Shown here: positions 42,829 to 56,196 of the stretch, piece after piece
Layout: each line of letters begins with the position of its first letter
Numbering within the stretch: position 1 is the first letter of the stretch
Origin: Octopus vulgaris
Lineage: Eukaryota
Reading direction: 5' to 3'
Length of the DNA stretch: 64,000 nucleotides
NCBI GenBank assembly: GCA_951406725.2
Contig: OX597833.1
Location: 42,718,001-42,782,000, forward strand
Program-made: the position numbers and the translations under genes
The notes under the pieces: model-generated
Databases searched by the model: none
The model's input: only the letters and a program-made list of their open reading frames with translations
Told to the model about the DNA's origin: nothing

Positions 42829-43467
42829 CATTTATGTATATGCACATACAAACACACACACACATATGTATATACATATATATATATGTGTATATATATA
42901 TCAATATATATATACACATATATACTCGTATATACATACATACACACATATAAATATATATATATACACACACTCTCACACACATACATACACATGTCCC
43001 TACCTATAGGTATTTCATTAAAAGAAACAAACAAGACATACCGATATCTTCCCCACACAAAAAGAACCCCCCAAACTGAATCGAGCTATCAATCAGTGGT
43101 TTCATACAAAATATTCTTTAGTCTTATACACATACATACATATTTGTTCGTTACAATAATACAAGCCAACACAGTGGTGAGGCTGGGGGCATGCATGGAA
43201 CCTAATTTATTGATCTTTGGGTGAATAAAAGGCAATAATTATGTTCTTTAGCACTTCTATAATCAACAACAACAACACTAGTGTTGCCACCACCACCACC
43301 ACCACCACCACCACCACCACCACCACCACCACCATCATTATTAACAACAACAAAATCATTATCATATTGATGGTGGAATTTTAATCTAGGACTCAAAGGA
43401 ATGGCGTCAGAAAAAAACAATATGTTATTTAATCCGTCACTAAAAATTTTTAAACAAAAACAACAAC

Positions 43468-43539
<72 letters not shown>

Positions 43540-43885
43540 TGTAGTAGTAATAAAAGTAGTGATCGTAGGAGTAGTATTAGTTGTGTTGGTAGTAGTAGTA
43601 GTGGTTCTGGTGGTGGTGGTTTGAAACATAAGCCATTCTCATTTTGAAGGAGAAGACTATACTGTAGTCGATTTAATCGAACTCGGGACTTGATTGGTAT
43701 TTTATTTTATCGATACCGGAAGGAAAGGATGAATGGCAAAGCCGACCTCGGCGGAATAATTGAAGCCATGAATATTATCAGTTGTAGTCAATCAAAAAAG
43801 ATGAATAAGTTAAAATAATACTGCTGCTGCTGATGATGATGATGATGGTGATAGTGATGATGATGATGACAACAACAACAACAAC

Positions 43886-43992
<107 letters not shown>

Positions 43993-44089
43993 GAAGGAGA
44001 AGAAGGAGAAGAAGAAGGAGAAGAAGGAGAAGAAGAACAACAACAATAAAAGCAATGATAATATTTTCTACGAAAACAAATAATAATTC

Positions 44090-44192
<103 letters not shown>

Positions 44193-44936
44193 TGATAATA
44201 ATCATAAAAATAAATCATTCGACATTGTTATTATGAACATTAAATTGAAAACCTGTGTACGTATTGAGAGTGTAAAGCAAGCAATGAAAAAACACAAATG
44301 ATTAAGAAAGATTGTCTATTTAGAACAAACGGAAAAAACTGTATTATCGTCTAAAATTAAACAGCTTGAGAAGATCAATCCACTTCAACACTTGGCTATG
44401 TTACAAAATACCTCAGCATTAAGGTTGAAAATATGTTTGGTATGTTGTGTGCATATGTTTATATATGTATACACAAAGTAAAAAAAAAACACTCAGTACG
44501 TGATATAGAGGTTAAATTTATTGGAAATTGGTTGAGAATTTATTCACAGCAAGATACTTATACAATCGCTCAGGAAATGGTTGGTACATAATGACTGAAG
44601 TAATATCCGCAACGCGCTAGCTAGGACGATTTTTATTGATTAAGACTAATTACAGTCCTGAATTTGTAGAAGTAAGATGGACGAACAGATGTCATGTAAG
44701 GGAGTACTGACTGCAGACATGTAATCTTCAACAGGTGTTTAATCTGTAAAACTCTGAGTACTATATGTGTGTGTCTGTATTGTTGTTATTGTTTTTGTTG
44801 TTGTTACTACTATTATTATTGTGTACACATACATACGTAGTTTAAATCAGACGAATGCTGGAGGAGTGCTCCATATGTGTTGAAGAGATTTTTCTTAATA
44901 TTGAAACTGTAACTGCGACTCTAATTCCACGCCAGT

Positions 44937-44979
44937 TCTCGACTGAAGATCGCAGTGGCGTGAAACTCGACTCGCGAGA
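44937..44979 (+). ncRNA. Decayed type I hammerhead-like motif inside an inverted duplication
   Basis: tctcga-CTGAAGA-tcgc agtg gcgt-GAAA-ctcgac-TC-gcgaga; intact core, one mismatch in each stem. Confidence 0.55.
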
Positions 44980-46233
44980 CAAAACTCGCAGTTTCAGTTT
45001 CATATATTTACATGTGCGTGTGTATGTTTGCGTGTGCGTGCGTGTGCGCATGCGCCTGTGTGTATGTATCTATATATATATACACACAGCCATGCACATA
45101 TGTTAAAGCATGAACATGTGTGTGTGTGTGTGAGTGTGTGTGTGTCTGAACATGTGCACTCCATAACATTATGCACTTTAAAAGTAGTGTACTTTGATCG
45201 AACATCAGGAGATACGAAATGATATCTCTCTACGATATTCAGCTTCTCAAGTATCTTGCTTGATATCTTGTGACCGTTGTAACCTATTATTGCGTACGTC
45301 TTTCATATACAGGGTATGTGCGTATATGCATATCTATAAATAAATAAATGCATAAAAAGCAAAATACTAGGAGTTACGTAATGGCATTCACTGGCTTACA
45401 ACTGTTTCTGCTGTAAAGAATTTGCACCCAGGTTAACTTCGTATTGCTTCATCATGAGGTCATTATACCGTGTATTGAAAATATATTGAGTTCTAAAAAC
45501 TGGTTATTGGTACTGCTAAAGGTAGGCAGAATTAGAATACATAACACCACACGCACATACACACACACACGTATACACACACACGACGGACAGACCCTGG
45601 CAGAAAAAAACCAACAGCTGATTGTTCAATCAACATATTAAACAAACAATTGGATAGTTAACTGGGGAATTAGAGAAGTGGTACTGAACCAGTGTGCGTG
45701 TTTATTTAACTTTTTATCGGTATAATGACCCTCCCTCGACACATGAATGTATCCATGTAAATGAACTCATATTTGCTCAAATAGACAGACATATGAATGC
45801 CCAAAATGTTTTCGTAATTATTTAAAGTTACTTTTTAAACATACCACTTTTATATTTATTATCTTTTTTTCTCTTAAAATTTCTGACATTTCCGATTTTT
45901 TGTTTTTAATTTTCTGAAATATTTTCTAAATAGTAACATTTTCGTCCATATTTTTTTTTTACTATTTTAAGTTAATTTTCCCTATTGTATTCAATGTTAT
46001 TTCCTATTTTCACCATAAAGGAATGTTCTGGAAGACTGCTTAGGCTAAGCACATTGACATTTTGATTGTCTAACTTTACTTTAAATGACCTTAGTCTCTT
46101 TTCTGTGTCAACTACCCTTACCTAATTGCATATATTCTGGTAAATGTTTTTGTCACTGTCTGTCTGTCTGCCTACCTGTCTGTCTGCTTGTCTGTCTGTT
46201 TGTCTGTCTGTCTGTCTATCAATCGATGTATGC

Positions 46234-46297
<64 letters not shown>

Positions 46298-46301
46298 GTC
46301 C

Positions 46302-46407
<106 letters not shown>

Positions 46408-46944
46408 ATGTCTATCTATCTATCTATCTATCTGTCTGTTTGTCTGTCTCTCTCTCTCTATATATATATATGCATATTTATCCACTCTACTTGTTTACAC
46501 GCATACACACATACATACACACACACATTTCCTTTTTCTCTCTTACACGCAAACACATACAAGCGCTCTTTACATATATGTAAGTATGTCAATTTTGCTA
46601 TACAACGTGAATAAAAACGCATCTTATCTTATATCTTAATATAACAGACGTCGTAATATCCACAGTGTTCAGCCGTAGGGACAAAATGCTGTTATGCAAT
46701 CCGTAACATTTACATAAAGATATATCTGAAGATGTATTGAGAAAAATATGCATAAACCATCTAATTTCTAAACAGGCAGTGTTCATTCTGTACATAGACT
46801 ATGTACGTCAGTTCTGTGCATAAAACAAATTGATCTATGCATGCTATCGGTAAGATTCGATCGGCGAACAATGACAGTAGTTAATAAGACAAAATCTATG
46901 CTACTCTATTACCAGTAATATATTTTATCTGCTTGTCTATTATT

Positions 46945-47189
46945 TTTTTACTTGTTTCACTCATGAGACTACCGCCATGCTGGGGCACCGTCTTGAAGAA
47001 CTATAGCAGAACAAAACCTAAGTACTTATTGTATATAAGGTCTGGTACTTATTCTATCGGTCTTTTTTGCCCACTGTGGATTTACGGGAACGTAAACACA
47101 CTAACGCAGGTTGTCCAGCAGCGGTGGGGGGACTGAACACACACGCGAACGCACACACACACACACACACACGCACACACACACACGCA

Positions 47190-47276
<87 letters not shown>

Positions 47277-47680
47277 CACAGGTTACTTTCAGATACGGCG
47301 GCGAGCTGGCAGAAACATTAGCACGCCGGGCGAAATGCGTAGCCGTATTTCGTCTGTCGTTACGTTGTGAGTTCAAATTCCGCCGAGGTCGACTTTGCCT
47401 TTCATCCTTTCGGGGTCGATAAATTAAGTACCAGTTACGCACTGGGGTCGATGTAATCGACTTAATACCTATGTCTGTCTTTGTTTGTCCCTCTATGTTT
47501 AGCCCCTTGTGGGTAATAAAGAAATAGGTTACTTTCAGTTTCCGGAACCAAATTCAGTCACAAGACTTTGGTCGGCCCGAGGCTACAGTAGAAGACACTT
47601 GCGTAACGTGCCACGCAGAGGAATTGAACCCTGAACCATGTGGTTAGGGAGCAAGGCTCTTACTACACAGCCACGCCTGC
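46945..47680 (-). mobile_element. Older family A SINE interrupted by a family B SINE
   Basis: 3' part 46945-47292 and 5' part 47539-47680 are collinear with family A. Confidence 0.85.
47293..47525 (+). mobile_element. SINE family B, full length, with 13-bp TSD
   Basis: aggttactttcag at 47280-47292 and 47526-47538; boxes tggcagaaacattag and gagttcaaattcc. Confidence 0.95.
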
Positions 47681-47861
47681 GCTTATAGCCACGCCTGCAC
47701 CTATTACTACGCCTACAGTATCTGATGTAAAATCTAATATATGCACACAATTTTGTACAACTGCTGATGAAATTGTATCAGCAATCAAAACAGAGCGTCG
47801 TATCGAGTTAAACTTGCATTTATTTTAATATTTACAATTTTCATACGTTCTTGTATATATA

Positions 47862-48240
47862 TCTCTCTATATAAAGCTGACGTTGTCTGTGTATGGCAGG
47901 TTAGGTAGCCTTCAACTAACACTGTCTCCTCCGAGACCCTGCGGCGCAAGTTGACCAAAATTGAGACTATGATAGAAGAAGCCTCGCTCTACTTTCCGCT
48001 GAAATCAGATCATGTTAACACCAAAAATTATTTACATCAAAAGGTGCTAATTTTCTATGAAAATCCCTATTTTTTTACGATTTTTTTACTGCTGTATCGC
48101 CATTTTTCGGTGTATTTAAACCAGAAAAAATGTTCACTTAAAGAGAATAACAAGCTACATGATGCAAAGTTTTTGCTTTTCAAAAATTCCAATTCTAAAG
48201 GTTCGAAACAAACACGAGCAACGCCGGGCGATACTTCTAG
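47862..48240 (+). mobile_element. Non-autonomous Helitron, copy 2
   Basis: A|TC...cacgagcaacgccggg...CTAG|T; collinear with 4246-4638. Confidence 0.9.
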
Positions 48241-48767
48241 TATATATATAAATTCAAATTACAATGAACGTAAACAAACAAAAGAAGTTTGCTTTAGAAG
48301 CGTTGAGATGTCTTCGAAAGTTAAAGTGATTTTAAATTCTCGAACGCAGGATAATGCTGATAATATAGCCTGAACAGGATTAGCTACCCCTATTTTTGCA
48401 GAAATACGTCTTGAAAATTTTGAAATGCATAAATAACAATAACAAGGTTTCGGCTCTTTTACATACATTATCAAGATGTTTTATTAGAAGTTTAGTGACA
48501 TATAGATTATGTTGGGCAGTTAATGTCTCTTATTTGTTTAATTTATTTTTACGGTAACAGCATATTGTAGGTTTAGCATAGATAAGCCTTCCCGTGGTTT
48601 GAAATCGAATTATGGAAAACGAACCATTCACCTTATACGACGTATGGAAAATTTAAAGATATACGTTTTGAGGAAAAAGAAAACAAGAAATACGGTGTGT
48701 ACCCATCCATCCATCCATTCATCCATCCGTCCGTTCGCCAGTCCCTCGCGACCTCTCTCCCCCTCAT

Positions 48768-48830
<63 letters not shown>

Positions 48831-48831
48831 C

Positions 48832-48900
<69 letters not shown>

Positions 48901-49199
48901 CTATCAACCTGTCTGTCTGTCTGTCTGTCTGTCAGTCTGTCTATCTACATTAGTTGGTAGGAACAGTTGACATCATTCAGTTACTATGTAGTTTTATAGC
49001 AGAAACTAACTTGCAAGATAGATAGTTGATTTAATGTGTTATATTTCCAATATCCATCCTACTTGAGATCTCCAGTATTAGCGTAAGAAATAAAAAAGTA
49101 TAGTTCATACTGGTTTCAAGCAAAACCTCTGCAAGGGAAGTGGAAGGCGAGGCATTGATCAGGAATTCAACTAAATCTCACAGGGCAATTTGCACGATG

Positions 49200-49640
49200 T
49201 TGTTTAGTTTTTGTCAATCAAATTGCCTTTTGGAAACCGGACATTGTTGTAGTGAATAAAAAAGAAAGAACTTGCGTAATAATCAAAGTAACATGTCCCG
49301 GTGACAAGAAGGTCAACAAGAAAAAAAATAAAAACTGAACAACTACGACGATTTGAAGTGGAAAATACGAAGATTGTGGTCAATGAGGAGAGAAGACGTG
49401 ATACCAATGGTAGCTTGCACATTTAGAAGTATTGGCAATCAACCTCCAGCATGACTCGAAAATATTGGTACAAATGAAAAGATAGAACACCGACAAAAAT
49501 CAACATTGCTTGGAACTATAAGAATTTTTCGCAGGGTTCTTGAAGCATGACCAGTAAACAAGTATCACCTTAGTCTGCTGACTGTGGGCAGCTGACACTT
49601 TCCATTATACCCAGCAAAATAAGTTGAGAGTTTTCATCAA
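49200..49640 (+). mobile_element. R4/Dong-type LINE 3' fragment (restriction-like endonuclease)
   Basis: KPDIVVVNK...CVIIKVTCPGDK...YDDLKWKIRRLWSM...VIPMV...QKSTLLGTIRIFRRVLEA*, short 3' UTR, then (TAA)n. Confidence 0.85.
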
Positions 49641-51325
49641 ATAATAATGATAATAGTAATTCTTTCTAATTTTGGCACCAAGCCAGCAATTTTGAGGAAC
49701 TTAATACTGTCGACTCCAATAGTTGACTCCAAAAGGAGGAAAGTTAAGTTGACCCCAGCAGAATTTGAACCTTGAACACAAAGTCAGAACGAATACCATG
49801 AAATATTGTGTCAACTCTCTGATGATTCTGCCAATTTACCGACTCTTATTAAAAGTAATTCAGGATCACCACTTTCTATTAAAGGAATACTATAGAGCTA
49901 TTAAGTGTATGAAGATCTACAATATCTTTTTTAAGGCAAAGGAATATGATTTGAGGGAATTTTAGCTGTCTTTACTAGCAGGCTGAATGACTTCGTAGTG
50001 ACTTTGTCTTTTAGAGATATCAAGGACCACCTTATCCAGCGGGTCATTTAATTTCCAACAAAAGTAATATATTATTTGAGGGAAATTTGACTGCTATTTC
50101 TTACAGATCAAGCGACCACATAGTAACTAATTGGTTAATTGTGATATCATTGTTGATTGATTGGTTGGTTAGTTGGTGTCTTTTAACCCCAGGACTGATC
50201 TATGATCAAAGGTGTTCTCAACCGCTGTTTTCACATATACGTTGTACTCAGCATTACATCATTGAATATATCTTTCCGTTCTATGATGGAAGAATGTGAT
50301 TTGAGTGATATTTTACAGCTATTTCTAGCTGGACAAGGTAACCGTGTAGAGGTTTCCTCATATGTTGAGGCTGTTGTTTAGCTCCAAAATGCATTCTATT
50401 CATGATCGACTCCTCTTTGAGTGTATATGTGTATGTGTGTGTGTGTGTGAAGTGTATCTAGGAAAATTGTAATTTTCAAGACGGCGGATTGTAATATGAG
50501 GGAGATTTAACTGCTATTTCTTCAATGTTAAACAACCATAGAGAGATCCTGTTAGTAGCAATGGCGGTGATGTAGAGGAATAAAAAATGGAGGCTGAAAA
50601 TTAAGAGCGAGAGAGAGAAAGAGAAAGTAAGCGGTAATCGTGAAAGAGATGAGCAAAAGGAGAGACAATGAGAAAATAAGAGATACAGAGAGAGGGGAAA
50701 TATCGATAAGCATACTGAGAGAGAAGGAGGCAGTGAATGAGAGAGAGAGAGAGGAGTAAAAATTGTAGGAACTAAGAGGAAGTTATACTATTGCTGGACA
50801 GTTAGTGAGCTAGAAATAGATAGAAAGATAAACGAAGAAGGAGAGAGGGAGAGAAAGGGGAGAAAGTGAGCACAGAGCAAGGCGAGAGAGGGAGATAGAG
50901 GAGAGAGAGAGAGTGATAGAGGGAAAGAGATAGAGGGAGTGAAAGAGAGAAAGAGAGCGGGAGTGAAACAGACGAGCAAACTGTATGTGCGTATGTGCAC
51001 GTATGTGCATGAGCTTATGCGTGTGAGTGAATGTGTGTGAGTGCGCGCGTTTGTGTTTGTCTGTGTTTGTATATGTATGTGTGTGTTTGTGTGTGTGCTT
51101 ATGTGTTTGTGTGTGTGCTTATGTATGTGTGTGTGTGTGGCGAAGTTTTAGAGACTGAAGAACAATGATAGAACAGAAAAATGGTCGTCAATAATGTAGA
51201 TAGATATTGTATCGCCTTCTGTTGCAATGTTGATAAAACGGAGAGGCGTTGGAAAAGTGGTGTATACATACTTACATGCACATATACATATACGTGTATA
51301 TATATATACATACATACACACACAC

Positions 51326-51420
<95 letters not shown>

Positions 51421-51620
51421 CAATCATGCATACATGTAAATATGCATATATACATACATACATACATACATATATACATACATACATACATATATACATA
51501 CAAACACATACATTGACACACATACACATTAACACGCATATAAATATATATCTATATATATATGTATGTATAGGCACATATATGTATCTATATATATATA
51601 TATATATACTTGTATATACA

Positions 51621-51668
<48 letters not shown>

Positions 51669-51803
51669 ATTCTGTTTCAGAGCATCCTGTTGAAAGAAGT
51701 TCAGAAGAATCAGAGAAGCAGACGGCAGTTAGATATACAATAAACTGGTAGTTGTTGTGGTGATGGTTGTGGTGGTGGTAGTGGGTGGCAGTAGAGATGG
51801 TTG

Positions 51804-51822
51804 ATTATTATTATTATTATCA

Positions 51823-51892
<70 letters not shown>

Positions 51893-51897
51893 TATTA

Positions 51898-51962
<65 letters not shown>

Positions 51963-52224
51963 TTCGTTGTTGTTGTTGTTGTTGTTGTTGTTTTCTTGTT
52001 GTTGTTGTTGGGGATTGTGGCTGACGTTGGTGGCATTCGGGTTTGGTCGGTAGTGGCGGCGGCGAGGTCGATAATGAATGGCGATATTGGTGGTCATGGT
52101 GATAGTTATGGCTTCTGTTGTGAAGAAGATGACTGCGTCGATGGTTTCTATGAAGACGAAGATGAATTGACGACGACGACAACGACGACGACGACGGCAA
52201 GAACAACAACAAAAACAACAACAA

Positions 52225-52255
<31 letters not shown>

Positions 52256-52285
52256 GGTATAGACGACGACGACGATGATAGTCAC

Positions 52286-52330
<45 letters not shown>
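51804..52330. repeat. Compound trinucleotide tracts (TTA/TTG/ACG/ACA/GAT)
   Basis: Direct inspection. Confidence 0.9.
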
Positions 52331-52332
<2 letters not shown>

Positions 52333-52804
52333 GGAGTAGGATGATGTAAGGGAATGAATGAAGGGGGGGAGGAGCCTGTAACAATCGCTTTGTTCGCTTG
52401 TTGTTTCATACCATTGCAATACAACACTGAACAGAAGTTTGGTAATTAATGCAAGGGGTAGGGGTGGGGAAAAAAACAAACAAACAAACATACATACATA
52501 ACGCTATAAACTGCTTATAGATTATTAAAGTTTATGCGTGTTTATGTTTCTGGCTTTGTTCTAAAACAATTCTGGGGTTATAACATTATAACACCTCGAG
52601 CTATTATGCTATCTAAATAAAGAGAAGATACGTGGTTCCGACAGTTCTTCAGCTGTATAGGATTCATCTATATCAGAATCGCTATTCTTCAGTTACCAGA
52701 CTTACATCTTCTCTCTTTTGAGGTTTATGCATCAAAAACTTATTTTAGCGATAGGCTAGAAATAAGCGTACATAAATATATAAACTCGCACTTATAAGAG
52801 CCCG

Positions 52805-53000
52805 TGTCTTTTATCTTGTCCCTTGTTTCAGCCGTTAGGCTGCGGCCATCATGAAGCACCACAATGACGGGGTTTGTCAAACGAATCGGCTCCAGTAACT
52901 ATCTTTTAAGTATGGTACTTATTCTATCGGAGTCTTTTGCCGAACCGCTAATGTTGCAAGGACGTAAATGAACTTGCACGGGTTGTCAAGCGGAGGAGGG
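52805..53000 (-). mobile_element. SINE family A, 3' half, decayed
   Basis: cttgtttcag...tgcggccatc...acttattctatcgg...gccgaaccgctaa...ggttgtcaagcg. Confidence 0.8.
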
Positions 53001-53265
53001 GCAACCACAAAACATATACAAAAGCTACGTATGTGTGGTGAATGTAAGGAATATACTATAGACTGAATTTGCAGACTGAATAAGAAAATAAGTCCAATAT
53101 CACCAAACACACCACCAACCCCAAATAACTACCATTCCTCTCTTTATTTCCATCACCTTCTCCTCCACCCCACCAAATACACACATAAATACCCACATAA
53201 CTCAACCAACCTTCTCACTGGTCAAAAGGATAAGCAACTCTCAGTTAAACATCCATTAATATTAT

Positions 53266-53397
53266 ATCGCCTGATGAAATGAATCCATGAAAATGATCTA
53301 CCTGATGCCCACGAATATTACGGACTACACAGTAATCATCCCAGGAATACGGACTGTGATCTGAAGACATGTAACTTATGGAAACGTGCGTAGCGAT
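53266..53397 (+). ncRNA. Hammerhead-like motif with long stem II insertion or a second core
   Basis: atcgc-CTGATGA...GAAA-cgtgcg-TA-gcgat (perfect 5-bp stem I); internal CTGAAGA-catg taact tatg-GAAA. Confidence 0.5.
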
Positions 53398-53586
53398 GCA
53401 TTAAGATATTTATAAATTCCATCCAAGGATTATTATTATCATTAATATATATATGAGAAGTATTGGTATCTAGAAGACCCAAAGAGTGCCAGGTAACGAT
53501 AAGTAAGAGCTATGGACATACTGTAGTTTAACGCTTTGTTCGATAGTGATACGAGTGAGGAGTCTAGTGTGGGTCTTGTATTAGCA

Positions 53587-53630
<44 letters not shown>

Positions 53631-53739
53631 TCTGGGAAACAGCTGTAAGACTATATCTATATCTTTTTCCTTATGAATGTCCTCAAAACGACTTACAGCC
53701 TTAGCTTTGTTATTTCATTTGTAATTTCATTTTGTCTAA

Positions 53740-53810
<71 letters not shown>

Positions 53811-53812
<2 letters not shown>

Positions 53813-53950
53813 TTTATTTAAAGCAGCAGAAAATTCAACAGAACCTGTTACTCTGAGTTTCCCGTTGCCGTTCATCGGACAGTTTTTGCTCTACCACTGG
53901 TATTTGAGTACTCTTTTTTCCACCTTGTTTCACATTTATGTGTTTACTCC

Positions 53951-53952
<2 letters not shown>
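53811..53952 (-). mobile_element. 142-bp element inserted in (TA)n, carrying a compact hammerhead
   Basis: Sharp (TA)n boundaries on both sides; motif at 53845-53882. Confidence 0.6.
53845..53882 (-). ncRNA. Minimal type I hammerhead ribozyme motif (CCGAUGA core)
   Basis: Minus strand: ctgt-CCGATGA-a cg gcaa cg g-GAAA-ctc a gag-TA-acag; 4-bp stem I, GNRA-capped stem II, near-palindromic stem III, GUA triplet. Confidence 0.65.
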
Positions 53953-53985
<33 letters not shown>

Positions 53986-55097
53986 CGTACATCTCTAAAT
54001 GCAAACCATACATATACACATTTGTATGATACCGACGAAAGAAAAGAGGATTTAATACGTTGTATAGAGTGTGCATTTATATGTTCATAGTGTATCGTTC
54101 ACACATATGAACAATCAGTTTTATGAATGAATTCAAGAGGTGTTATGTGTTGACTATCAATTAAGGTCTTTATAACAGTATGTTTGTACGCTGTCTCTTG
54201 CCGGATGATTAAAGGGATAACTCAGTTCAGGATGAAATCTCAGCACAAGTGTGACTGACTAATGCAGCTGATACCCTGCTGTGTTTTGCATGTGTCTTCA
54301 AAGATATTCTATGTAAAGACAATACCATATGACAGTGTTGGCTAAAATAAAAGGAAATACTTTATCACAGATAACAGAGGAACAAATATATATATATATA
54401 TATGTATGTATATGTATATGTGTGTGTGTGTGTGTGTGTAAATATACGTATTTGTATGCATACATACGTCTGTCTATTTGTCTATCTATCTTTCTATATA
54501 ACATAATATATATATATAAATATAAACACATGTATTTATATTTACATATACAGGATGAATTAATCCATATGCTCTGTGATACACTAGAGTGTGGTTAAAT
54601 CAGTTGTTTAGCCATTAAACACCATCGTTCCGGAACAGTAGTTTCAAACAACCGACACACACAATTTTATAGTCGACAGATGATGGATTTTAATTAAACT
54701 ACAGACACAACAATAACAATTGTAACAACCACAAGAACGACAATTACAGGAGATACAGCTACAACAATAAAGACAATAGGAACAATAGCTACAGCTATAA
54801 TTGTAATGGCGCTAATAATAACAATAGTAAAATTCACCACCACCACCACCACCATATTACGCAGCGCCTGTATGAGCTGTAAATAATAATAGTAATAACA
54901 AAAATAATAGCTGATATGGCTACAACAAAAGAACGGTGACATGAATGTGTAAGAATAACAATAACGACACGAACAACAATAACAGTACAAACAGCGACAC
55001 CTCCCTTCCGGAACACTAACACCACTACCAATAATAACAACGATGGCAAAATATAGTAATTAACATCTGCATCTGAAACAACAACAACAATAATAGT

Positions 55098-55310
55098 CTT
55101 TTCTACAATATGCACATGGCCTGAAATTTTTTGGGAAAGAGACTAGTCGATTTCATCGACCCCAGTGCATAACTGGTACTTTATTTATCGACCCAGAAAG
55201 AATGAAAGGCAAAGTTGACCTCGGCGGAATTCGAACTCAGGACGTAAAGACGGATGAAATGCTGCTAAGCATTTCACCCGGCGTGCTAACGATTCTGCCA
55301 GCTCGCCGCA
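55098..55310 (-). mobile_element. SINE family B, full length
   Basis: ctttctac...gttgacctcggcggaattcgaactcag...gattctgccagctcgccgc. Confidence 0.9.
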
Positions 55311-55313
55311 TAA

Positions 55314-55902
55314 CGCTTGAACACCCCTTCTAGACGGAAACTCCAAAAATTAAACCAGCATTACAAGAATCCTGTATCTTAGGGTGGAGATCCTGTCAGG
55401 GGCGAGAAGTACTGGTGGTTGTGCAACCTAAAATTCACTAACCCTCATCATGAGTGCTGAAATGTCAAGTAAAAATAGAAATGAGAACGGCGTGAATGAA
55501 GCTGGAACACCTTGTAAAGGTCTCTCGCCCGGTGGGTGCCCCACGAATGAGCAGCGTGTGGCCAGTCGTCATTAAGCAACTACTAAAAGAAGGTGGACGA
55601 AAGAAATGAATGTGGTTGTAATGGAGTGCTACTTTCTGGGTAATCCGAGAAATGAAATGGAACATTAGGAGCAGTTTCGAAAGGCTTTGAAGAACATATT
55701 AAGAATATTTGAGCTGCTGTCAGACTCGGGGTGACCCAGAAGACAGCATTGTTGGGTATAGCTCGCATTCTAAGGAGAATATTGTCTCTTTGAGTCACAG
55801 GAAAAGGCACTACTTGAAACCATTGGAGATTTGTTATAACCTGCTTTCAAGTATAGAATAACCGGTAATTGAGAACTATCCGAGAGTCTTTCAGAATAAA
55901 TA
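55314..55902 (+). mobile_element. Internally deleted R4/Dong-type LINE (5' end fused to 3' end)
   Basis: ATG at 55450: ...KRRWTKEMNVVVMECYFLGNP (R4/Dong-like N-terminus) joined near 55660 to GTLGAVSKG...QKTALLGIARILRRILSL* (C-terminus, stop 55791-55793); preceded by TAA and followed by (TAA)n. Confidence 0.8.
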
Positions 55903-55934
55903 TAATGATAATAATAATAATAATAATAATAATA

Positions 55935-56152
55935 ATCCTTTCTACTATAGGCACAATGCCTTAATTTTGTGAGGAGGGTGGGGCAGTTGATCACATCAAC
56001 CCCAGTACTCAAATGGTACTTAATTTATCGACCCCGAATGGATGAAAAGCAAAGTCGACCTCGGCGGAATTTGAACACAGAACATAGCGGCAGATGAAAT
56101 GCCGCTAAGCATTTCGCCCGGCGTGCTAACGATTCTGCCAGCTCACCGCCTT
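55935..56152 (-). mobile_element. SINE family B, full length, between (AAT)n tracts
   Basis: Family alignment; a further partial copy follows at 56196-56255. Confidence 0.9.
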
Positions 56153-56154
56153 AC

Positions 56155-56196
<42 letters not shown>

